Source: Scyliorhinus canicula
Lineage: Eukaryota
Length of the DNA stretch: 64,000 nucleotides
Direction: 5' to 3'
NCBI RefSeq assembly: GCF_902713615.1
Contig: NC_052154.1
Span: 25,179,394 to 25,243,393, forward strand
Part shown: one piece after another, positions 48,673 through 60,200 of the stretch
Layout: each line of letters starts with the position of its first letter
How positions within the stretch are numbered: position 1 is the first letter of the stretch
Position numbers and translations under genes: made by a program
The notes under the pieces: model-generated
The model's input: only the letters and a program-made list of their open reading frames with translations
What the model was told of the DNA's origin: nothing
Database searches by the model: none

Positions 48673-49099
48673 TCATGAACTAAGTGAGACAGGATAAAAA
48701 GGAAAACTAGCAGGAGTAGAGGGTCTCAGGATAAAAAGGACCAGGACGCTGCCATAACACCATGATCCTCTGGCACATGCCCCCACCATAATTCTTATGG
48801 TCATTGTGAGCAATCGCCACGTGGGAAGGTGTGCACTATTTTACCATGTTTTCATGACCTTATTCGCCTCTCCTTTGTTCTCTGTTAATGTGTATAGAGG
48901 TGCCAAGTTGAGATTTTACTGGGCCAACTGTATTGTTGTTCGTCTGTCCTCTTCTGGATCTGTATGTCGAGACATTGTTGCTGTGCGGTACCATTTGTTT
49001 TGTTGTATTGTTTGTTAAAATGGAAAAATGTCAACAAAATACCTTTACAAAAGAACTGGCGACATAAACCTCCTAGATTATCATAAAAACCTCCTGCAT

Positions 49100-50965
49100 T
49101 CATTTTAGGGAAGCCTGGCTGATATGTGACGCCAGATTCACAGCAATGTGATTGATTCTCAACTTCCCTCTAAAATAGCCTATGGCCTAGCAAATTATGA
49201 TGACAAAATATAAGAATAAAATCAATCGGATCAACAGCACAGGCATCAGATTCTGACATGACAAGGACTCGCCCTGCCCAGACTTGTGCCAAAACCGACA
49301 GAGTTGTATCACAGACACAGGCAGGCAACTGTAATCATACCGTACATGCTCCTCCATCCCCAATGTGTCCTGTCCATTTGGCAGTGACACAATGATATAA
49401 AGTTGGGAGTTGGCCCTGGGAGTCCTCAGCATTGACTCCAGGCCTCGTAGGTCTCATAGCATCATGTAAAACATGGGCAAGGAAACGTGCTGCTGAATAT
49501 CACCTCAGCTGATGAATTTGTACTCCTCCATCTTGAACAACATATGGAAGAAGCATATATGACAGCAATAACCTCCACCCAGAGTACTTTCAATGTCCAT
49601 CAACCAGAGTGGTTCGCGAGCACCACTCCAGACCAAGCTGGCCATGACCGAAGAACATAGCTGCTGGACTGGGCCTGTGGCAGGTGGCAAGAGAATCAAC
49701 ACGAGGGAAAATCCTACTTGACCTCATCCTTTCCAATGTATCTGCTGCAGATGCCATGATCGTATTGTTAGGAGAACCATATACCAAGTCCTTGTGGGGA
49801 CAAGGTCCCATCCTCACACTGAGAACTTCCTCTGTCAATGGTGGTGTAGCACGACCACTGTTCGAAACAGGATAAATTCAGAATAGATCCAGCAGCTCAA
49901 AATCAGGTACCCATAAGACACAGCGGTCCATGTTCAAATGCAGCAAGAACTGGACAACATCCTGACTTGGGTTAAGTGGCATGTAACTTTGCTCCACACA
50001 AGTGCAGGCAGTGACCATCTCCAACAAGAGAGAATCCAATCATCTTCCCTTGACATTCAATGGCATTACCATCACTGAATCCCCCACTATCAAAGTCCTG
50101 GAAATTACCATTTACAGATACTCAACCAGCCACATAAATACTCTGGCTACAAGAGCAGGTCAGAGGCTGGGAATTCTGTGGAGAGCAACTCACCCTGCGA
50201 CTCCCCAAAGTCTGTCCACAGGCTGTGTGTGATGGAGTATGCTCCACTTGCCTGTAAGAGAGCAGCCCCAACAAACACTTGAGAAGCTCAACACAATCCA
50301 GGACAAAGCAATCCGTTTGATCAGAACCCCACCCACCACTTTAAACATTCACCCCCTCCACCACTGGTGCACGGTGGCAGCGGTCTGTCCTGTATACAAG
50401 ATGCCCTGCCCCAACTCACCAAAGCTTCTTCGATAGCACCTTCAAAACCCATGACCTCTACCATCTAGGACAAGGGCAGCAGATGCATGGCAACACCACC
50501 ATCTGTAAGTTCCCCTCCAAGCCACATACCATCCTGACTTGGAATTATAATTGCTGTTCCTTGACTGCCACTGGATCAAAATCCTGAAATTCCTTTCCTA
50601 ACAGCTCTGTGGATGTACCTGCACCAGTTGGACTGCAGCGATTCAGGGAGGCCTCTCATCGCCACCTTTTCACTGTATGTGTGGAGTCTGCATGTTCTCC
50701 CCATGTCTGCGTGGGGTTTCCTCCAGTGCTCTGGTTTCCTCCCACAAGTCCCGAAAGACACGCAGATAGGTAATTTGGACATTCTAAATTCTCCCTCCGT
50801 GCACCCAAACAGGCACTGGAGTGTGGCGATTAGGGATTTTCATAGTAACTTCTTTGCAATGTTAATGTAAGCCTACTTGTGACAATCATAAAAATGATCA
50901 AGGGCAATTAGTGATTGGGGGCAAATGCTGACTCTGTCAGCAATGCCCACATGCTATGAAAAAAA
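49100..50965 (+). mobile_element. Deleted copy of the same LINE family with a nested SINE (~50670-50886)
   Basis: Shares C-terminal RT and 3' tail sequence with 16440-17275. Confidence 0.75.
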
Positions 50966-51645
50966 TAAAGTGTTAAGAACACAGGAACTTAAAATAGAAG
51001 GCTTTTTCCTCTGCTTGTACATGTCAAAAATGGGTGAAATATTTATTAAATTTTTTAGGATGCAAGAAATTCTTGCAATTTGTAATATTTAACTGCAACT
51101 AACGATTCATCCCATTTCTGTTTAATATCCAGTAACCTATTTCTTTGGCATGTAAACATTGCGGAAGGACCGGTTTCAACTTTATGTCCCCAATCCCATA
51201 GCCAAATAGAGGAGATATATATATATAATATAATATATGTATATAAAAAAAGAATATTCCTTCTAGAAAGTAACCAGACGCTTGTTGCAACATATAGCAA
51301 TTAAATCTAATGAGTCATTGTCTTAAGGAGCGATAGGAAACAAGTACATAAAGTGTAGGATCACTAATGACATTGCAGATGGAAAAACAAGCTTGGCAAA
51401 AATAACACACAAGGAGGCGTCATGCTTTTACTCAATAATACATGTGTTAGCTGTTACCCATATGTATATAGCTCCTTTGATCAATTATCTATTTTGTTGG
51501 TGTCTGGACTCTAACTGCCATGCTCAAACTTGGTTGAAGCTATCTCAGAATGCTACACATGCACCACCTAGTGGCACACTGCTAATATCCTCCATTCCTC
51601 CGAGATATTAATAAAAACAGGAAGCAGCAGATAGGATTCATGTTC

Positions 51646-51651
51646 TTTATT
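51646..51651 (-). terminator. Candidate polyadenylation signal (AATAAA) of CHMP1A, implying a ~2.5-kb 3' UTR
   Basis: TTTATT on + at 51646-51651, at the end of a long, nearly repeat-free AT-rich block downstream of the stop. A proximal alternative lies at ~53919. Inference only. Confidence 0.4.
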
Positions 51652-51894
51652 TCAAGATATAAACACATTAAAATGAAATCTGAAATTACTTCCACATTAA
51701 TCCATACATAAATAATCAAATTAACCATCAAAAAAAAATCAAAACCCAACCAAAACAAACATACACATTAAACAGAATATACCGACAGAATAAATTCATC
51801 TCAAAAGAACAATAAAAAAAATACCAGGCACCTAGTTAAGTGTTTGGAATAGCAAACTTATTCATATTAAAAGCTCAAGAATGAATTAAAGCAA

Positions 51895-52076
51895 ACAAAA
51901 GCAAAATACTGCAGGTGGTGAAAATCCAAAGTAAAACCAGAAAATGCTGGAAATACTATTGGCAGCATCCATGGACAGAAACTGAGTTAATGTTTTGGTC
52001 CATTGACCTTTGTCAGTTCTGATTCTCCGTCGATGCTGCCTAAACTGCTGAGTACTTTCAGCATTTTTGCTTTTAT
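51895..52076. repeat. Palindromic Penelope-type terminal repeat remnant
   Basis: Inverted arms AAAATGCTGGAAATACT..GGCAGCATC / GATGCTGCC..AGTACTTTCAGCATTTT around a decayed hammerhead-like core. Confidence 0.6.
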
Positions 52077-54193
52077 TTAAGGAATGACAGGGCTTGAGTA
52101 TTTTAAAGCATTTCCAATAAGTAGGCAATCAGCTCAACTTGCTGTTCAGGCGACAGCTCCCACCAACCTTCATGGTCTGTGACTATGCCAATGTTCTAGT
52201 TTACAGCAGTATTCAGGCACCACTGGAACAGGGTTGTAACAAAAAAAATTAAAGGCATTATTTATACGTTAAATTAAACCTATAAGAAAATCTATTTGAA
52301 CTTGACCAGCAACTTTAATGTTGCTGTTTTGAGACAAATTAAACAAATTTGGTGATTAAGTAGAGCTAATATCCTGTTTATTTCAGCCACATTTGTGAAT
52401 GATTTTCAAAACAGAAAAGGAATTCAACCCAAAAATGTTTCACCCAAATTGTTGAAAATTGAGCAACAACAAATTGCTGGAGTTCACTATGAGCACAGAG
52501 AACTTGTTTAAAAATAAATTAGTCGATGTACCATTGAGTTCTAGTCCTTGATTTTGCCTCAAATGAATGAAGCAACAATAGTGTTAAAATGGACTTGGCT
52601 GTGTTGCAATGCTATTATGTCCATATTTAAAGATTGCAGTTAAAGCACAAATGGATGAATTTAGGGCTAGGCCATCTGTTGAACCGATTAGAGGCAATAG
52701 CTTAAAATCAAAGCTAGACTATAAATAAAACAAATTGTTATCCATTTCTGACAAGATTTTATACATGGGAGTCAAAGTATTTAAACCCGATATCGTGTTG
52801 GAATTGACAATTTTAGATAACCTTTGGCATGACAATGAACATTTCCAAGATGTTTGAACTTTTGAAGACAATCTCCAAAAGCACCATGACAATACTTGTG
52901 ATTCCAGCTTACTCCCTAGTTGAATGCTCAGATTGATATAGTGGGATTTTATCTCTGACTTGCTTCCCTCACTCTGAATGATCTAATCTCTCCAAGTCTG
53001 AACAGTGCATATTCAGATTACAATTTGGGAAGTTCATGCAAACAAATTATACTCTATATTATCTTGTATCCCAAAGTGAACTATGAGATAATAAATGATA
53101 CAAAATGTAGTTAACTGTAATTGGTGAGTAGTTACATAACTAATATTTCTGCAAATTAATATTAGTATGTCAGCATTTTTAGAAAAACAGGACAGGCATT
53201 ACACAAGAGGCACTTTTTAAATAAGGCCAGATTTTGTTCAAATTCTTAGCTGCTTGCACAACTGCAGTCCTTAACCCTGTTAGTGTTCTTGTTCAGTCAA
53301 CAGAGCAATGATAATAAACGTACCTCATAAGTGATATTAGAGGAGTCAGATCCGTTCATAGGAGCAAATCAATTGTTTGTTAAAGTTCTATGGCAAAAGA
53401 TATTAACCAAAAGCATGTATAGCTTCAGCATATCACCACCCTATTTGCTACAGCATAAAAGGCAAAGTATTCTATTACCTGCTCTTTTGAGCCTATTTCT
53501 CATACAGAGACATTAGCACAGCTTACTAGAATTTACAGTCTTCAGGAAGAGTGCCCACATTCTGGAGGACAAGTTCACTTCAGAAAGTATAGACAGAATA
53601 ATATTCCACCTTCAAATATTTTGTGTTTTATTCCCCCCCCGCACCCCATCCATCAAGATATTTGCAAAATTCCCCAGATCAATAGTCTGAAAAATAATTC
53701 CTTCCAACATTTAATGAAACTTCTAATAAAACTTCAGATGTTCATTCATTGTGACAATATATTCCTTATATTAGTCAAGCCATGTGGCTCCCAGAATCAA
53801 GACTACAAGCGTGCAGCCCGGTATCGTACTTTCACTACAGGTCTGAAGCATGCTTGGAAGTCAATTTGCACCTGTACATCCTATTGAGTATATAGGATTT
53901 GCCTGTTTGAACAAATCATTTTATTTTTAATACAGGTGGTAGCGATTATGATTTTTTAAATATCTACACATCCCACAAACGCTTGCCCTTTAATATACTA
54001 TACATGTTATCTTTAATTGAGATTAGCTTTTTATAAGGGTTTTAAAGTGAAAGCAACCAATCAAACTAATAAGTGAAAGTAAATGTTTTTGGCGATTATA
54101 CGGATTGTACATTTAAGTACCGCTTGGACGCTGTACAAAAGGTGTTGCAGGATCATCTGGTCAGTCATTCAGGATTAGATGCCAATTCCACGT

Positions 54194-54215
54194 TCAATTC
54201 CTCAGAGCAGCCAAT
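54194..54215 (-). CDS. CHMP1A: CHMP1A last coding exon (RLAALRN*; MIT-interacting C-terminus)
   Basis: CAG|A TTG GCT GCT CTG AGG AAT TGA. Confidence 0.92.
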
Positions 54216-57200
54216 CTGGAAAGGTACATTGAAAAATGACAAGACCGTCAGGAAAAATTTAAATTACTTATTCAAATTGTCGTTTTTGAATGTTTGAACC
54301 AAAGCATAGATTATGACTGATAGAGTATTGATTTATTCATATAGGTGCTAGTTGAATGCACGTGGCTAAGAGGTAAAAATATAAAAAACTGTCTTGACTG
54401 TGGGAATCCAGTCATTGTCTCATATGATTAATTCACCACTGTATTCCAGCGCACCAAGAATGTATTTTCTCTGACTAATCAACTAATCAGTTACAGCAAG
54501 GTCTCCGCCGAGCTATGTAACATGGAAAACGTGGGAAACATATCCAGTAATGTTTTTAAGACTGCGCATGGAGACGCTGAGCTAGTTTTGATAGGCACCA
54601 GTCAATCTTAAGTAATGTCCAATGCTTGATTAACAAATCATCCTCCAAGTAACAGATATTCATTTGAACAAACCAGGTCTCAGCTGAGAATTAGAAGCCA
54701 ATGAAAGTAAATTAGGGGTTAAACCAGAGCTAAGAATTCCCTTTAAAGTAAGATCTCGTGGTCGTTCCTGAATTCTTGAATCATCGATCTTTTTGTTTGT
54801 GTTTAAAGAGATTTTTTTCATGCTTTGTTTTTTTGCCATGTGCTTGACCTTTTTATGTACTGTTTGATATTTTGTTTCCAAGTTTTGATTCGGTTCTTAT
54901 TCGAATGTATTCAAGCGAGTAATTAGCAATAGAGTTGTATATTTGACACCTCCCATCAACCGATTCATTAGAATGTAAAATAAAAGAGTCCTTACAATTA
55001 CCTTCTACATGGGATGGGATTGATGGGAAATAGGACAATAGAATTTGTTGTGTGTGGCAAAATGGCGAGAACAATTATTGGGTACAAATTATTCAAAAGC
55101 TATGTTTTGGGCAGAAAATGAAGTTTCACTTGATTTGAATGAACAGGTTTTAGAAAAACTCTCAAAATGAGCATTGATTTTATAGGCAACAATGATGATT
55201 ATAGTCTGTACCGTTCAAAGTTTCGACACAAGTCTCACTCCAATAGACATGCCATCCAATAAACCTAGACTCAAGGAAGGAGCAGTCGTAATGATGCTGC
55301 TGCAAAACATGAAACTTAAACAAGGAGGATGGCACGGTGGCTAGCACTGCTGCCACACAGCTCCAGGGACCCGGGTTCAATTCCGGACTCGGGGTGACTG
55401 CCGAGTTTGCACCTTCTCCCTGTGTCTGCATGGGTTTCCTCCAGGTGTTCTGGTTTCCTCCCACAGTCCAAAGATGTGCAGGTTAGGTGGATTGTCTATG
55501 TAAATTGTTCCTTAATGTCCTAAAGGTTAGGTAGAGTTACTGGGTTATGGGGATAGGGTGGGGGCGTCGGCTTAAGTAGGGTGCTCTTTCCAAAGGGGCG
55601 GTGCAGACTTGATGGGCCAAATGGCCTCCTTCTGCACTGTAGGGATTCTGTGACTCTGTCATGAAACACGATTAGCTATTTTCTTCAATGATAGACGCTG
55701 AAATAACAGCAGGCAGATTTCAATGAAACGGTGTTCATTCTTGAATAATACCAAGCCCATCAGATGTAAACCTGCTTATCAACTCGGGAAAGAACAGTTC
55801 CCAATGCGGCTTTCATACTCCATGACTATAAACGAGCCACAAGATCAGACTTTTGAAAAATTGGTATTTTATACTCCCGGGCATTTGTATGCAGCTTTTC
55901 TCAGTGAGAAGTTTGTGATTCTGTTGAAGACTTTGGTGAAATAACAAGAAATCCTGTATTGAGAGAACAACTAGAAATCCTGTATTTAACAGTTGCAATA
56001 TTGATACGGATTTAACCGCAAATGTTTTGCAGGTCTCTGCTGGTGACATATGAGCCCATAAAGACAAGTATGGCAGTTTACATTAATCCCAAAGCAGGGT
56101 GCAAGAAGACACTCATGCTAAGAACAACGCACATCATCTGTGGTGGTGCTCACAGCTGCTTTGAAGTACAATTGTAAGATTTAACCATTCATTTAGCATT
56201 TCTCCTTAAGGTCGCTGTTCAGATATTCTTTGTGGGGGACATCTTCTAAATAGATCCAGAGATTAATTAAATTTAAGTTATTGTTCTTGGAAACTTATCT
56301 AAATTGTAAACTGCTCGAGTCCTGGTCTCAATGATTTTTCCAGGTTACCTCAGTTGGCTAAGCTGCTGGGCATCTTTCCAATACAACTTTAAAAGTATTG
56401 TTCAGTTGTAATTTGTTGGTCTGTTATTTTTTAACTGTGACTGAGGGTCGGTGAGCTCAGTTGGCAGATCGGTTGGTTCGTGACGTGGAGCAACGGCAAC
56501 AGCACAAATTCAATTTTCGTGCCGGCTGAGGTTAACCATGAAGCCTCATCAACTTTGCTCCTGGCCTGGGGTGTGGTGACCATCCAGTTCAATCACCACC
56601 GGTCAACTCTCTCAAAAGGGGAGAGCAACCTGTGGTTCCCCGGGACTGTGACGACTTCCATTTTCATTTAATTGGTCCATTGTAGAAAGGTGACATCTAG
56701 AGTGTGGTCAACGTTCAATTTATATAACTTAGCAGTTGTTCATAGCCAGTTGGATACTTTTTCAGGACAAAAATGAAACAGCATAGGCACAGAAATGGAA
56801 AGAGGCCCTTGAGACTGTTTAACAAGTCATGACTGATCTGTATCCTAATTAGATTCCCGTTAACATGGCTCCATTTCCCTGAATAACTTGGCTGGAAAAA
56901 AATCTAAATTAGCAGGACTCTGCTTTTTTTGGAGGAGAATGTTCTGTGTTCTACTACTCTGTGCAAAGTATTTCCCAACTTCTCTCCTAACTGGCCTGCT
57001 TCTGATTATAAGGTTACGTCCCCTTGTCCCAGACGGTTTCCCTCTATCCACCCTGTCAATTCTATTCAAACATTTAACACGCAATGTATTATCCTGTTGC
57101 TAATGTGAAGATGTGTATAACATGGAGTCCCGGGTACTGAAAAATCCAACTGCGGTGCCTTATTGGTCAGTCTGAAGGAAATGCTCTTAAGCAGATCCTC

Positions 57201-60200
57201 TGGTTAATTAGAAGGAGAAATGGCCTTTTAGAATTTTCACAATGAAGTGCACACAAAACATGATGCAAGTGTAAGCTATTTAAACTGTGTGTGATATGAT
57301 GGGCTGAAAATGATGGTACGTGGCGATTCTAAACCTTACTGTTAGACATGTGTGGGTGGAGTACCTTTATTACTGTGAGGTGGAATAGTGTTTATAATCT
57401 TGTACAGGCCTCTTCATACAGAGTAAATATAAACCACCATGAATCATATAAACTTCTAAGCAAATGGTCATGGCATGCGTTAAAAACTGGAAGGAGTAGA
57501 TATAATGAATCAAAAATTTGGTATATGGGAGTAATGCTCCGCCTCCACTGGGGCTAAGAACCTGATCATCAGTTGCGGGGCACTCCAGTCTTGCTGTATG
57601 TGGCACAGGCCTGTCCCATTCCTCACTCCTGTGCAGTGGCGATTACCCGAGCCATTTTCTGCTTCATCTGGGCATCAAAAGTGTACCACATTTGACAGGA
57701 TGAAAGTACAAACCTCGTGATAAAGGGAGAAAAAATATGCCCAACATTGTCATAACCTTGATGGTCACTTTTATTTCTGGCTGCATCAAGCTGTGCATAG
57801 ATCCTCGGTACGCAACTATGTGCCGAAGTTCTACCTGTCGCCAGAGTTGAGAAGGATGGGTCTGGCCACGCTGTCGCGGAAAGCTTCAAGTAGCTGGGCC
57901 ATGCCATATCACCTTGTGGTAAAACCAATGCAGAGATACATCTTTGACCACAAGTCCATCGGGTAGTGGTCTGCATGTAACATCCAAAAGGCCCTTTGGG
58001 AAAAGGAGATGATGGATCCAGTTGGATGGTTTCCTAAGCAGACTGTCACGGTCATGCCAGAATTATTCCTCACCAGAACGGTCAAACAAGCAACATAAAC
58101 TAGCTTGGCTGGTGATGAGAATGGCCCTCATTGTCAGATCCTTCCTACACGCCCCAAGAGTCTCACCCCATCCGCACATTGTCCTTGAGGTGATTGTGGT
58201 GGGGAAGCGACCGTTATACACCTCCCTGTGGAATGTGCCTTTGCAAAGAAAGTCTGGAGAGAGATGGAGTGGTTTTTGTCAAGGTTCATCCTGAGCAACT
58301 CCATGTTGCAGGACTCTGTGCTCTTGGGGCTTTTCCCAGGGGGACACATCGAGACAAACATCAGCCGATACTGGAGGATCATCAACCCCGGTGAAAGACG
58401 CTCTTTGGTCCCGAAACTTGTTGGTCTTCCAGCGCAAAACATTGTCCCCGACAGAGTAATGCAGACTGGTACATTCCAAAGCCCAGGTATACATGCCGAG
58501 GGATGCACTAAAGCAGCGTTTTTCAAAGTGGAGGCCAAGACCTGCGGCTGGGTCATGGGATGGTGTAAAATGGGTCGCCAAAACTGATCCCCAAAGATTG
58601 GCTGACCATTTTTTCCATTTTATCACTGGACAAATTCTCATTGCAGTACAGTGTATGACATGAGGCTAACATAGCAACTGGTGCCGTGGACGCCCTTGCC
58701 TTCTTAGGCCACAGTGTAGTTGGGTGAGTTTGCAGTCAGAGACCTGTAAATTTCTTTGGGTGGCATTTTCTACTACTGCGTTCAGTGTTGAGATCTGTAT
58801 TATTTAAGTTCAGTGTGTCACGAACAAACCCCGTGCGTCCTTTATCGTTCTCCTCCATCCAAGCACCTATTGTCCACTCCCTCCACTTCTGAATTGTGTC
58901 TCCACACCAGCGGCTCTTGTCCTTCAAGAACGCTTCTCGTGTTTCATCACTACCCCTGCCACTATCCACCACCTCTTCCCAGGCACTCGTCCCCAGGCAT
59001 CCGTTACTGCTTTGTGGCTACATGGGCTTGATCAGCTGAATTGGCTCCTGTACCGCAAGGACTCTTGCAATGTTACTTGCCACTTATCAGCCCACGCCTG
59101 AATATTGTCCTGGTCTTACTGCATGTGGACATGGATTGTTACAGTATCAGAGTCACAAATGGTGAACATCAGCGAACATCTCCCCACTTCTGACCTTAAG
59201 ATGGATGGAAGGTCACTGATGAAGCAGATGATTGGGCTTAAGACACTACCCTAAGAATGTCCTGCAGTGATGTCCCCTAGTTGATAGAGAAGTGTGAAAA
59301 ACCAGGACTGGCCAGCCTATCCAATGCTACAAGATGAACTTCAGCTTTGCCAAACAATATGATCACATTGCATTGAAAAATTCTTTTAAACAGCATACCA
59401 ATCACAGGAAAAGGCTTGCACATAACTTCTCATTGGACTATGGTATTGGACTATGGTAATGTATAACAAATTTCCTGTCATTGTGTATGATTTTTCAAGA
59501 TTCTGTAGGAAATGTCCCTGCAAGCTCATTCAAGTTAGCCCATCTGGGTTCTGCTGCATTACTTTTTTCAGGGCCACATTAGGAAGAGATGTTAAAGTCT
59601 ACAATCTATTTTCACTGTTATATAAAATGTTTAAATATTTATATAAATATACAAATTCGGAGTAGGACACTCAAGCATGTCCTGCCATTCGTCACTGGCT
59701 GATCTAATTTTAACCTCAACTTCACATTCCTGCCTACCCTCACTTATCAATAATCTAACTACTTTGGCCGTAAGGATATTCAAAGACTCTGCCTCAACCA
59801 CAAAGTCTCACAACCCACAGAATTTATTTTCTCATCATTGCCTTAAATGATTGATCCCTTAACAGTGACCCTCAAGTTCCAGATTCTCCCTCAAGAAGAA
59901 ACATCCTTTCCATACTCACCCTGTCAAGTCCCCTCAGGATCCTATATGTTTCAATCAAATCGCCTCATGCTCTTCTAAACTCCAGCAGATATAAACCTAG
60001 CCTATGTAAGTGCCTCACAACGCCTACCTTTTTGAAAGCTGGTCCTCCTTGTCATGTTCACGAACAGAGGATTCACCAAGGGATGCTGCGCCATCTGGAA
60101 GTTGGTTCAATTGGTCCATGACCTCCAGACCATTCTCCTCTGCAATTTGCATAATGAGGCTATCGACCTGTTCTTGAGGAGTGGTCAGTGTCATTGCAGA

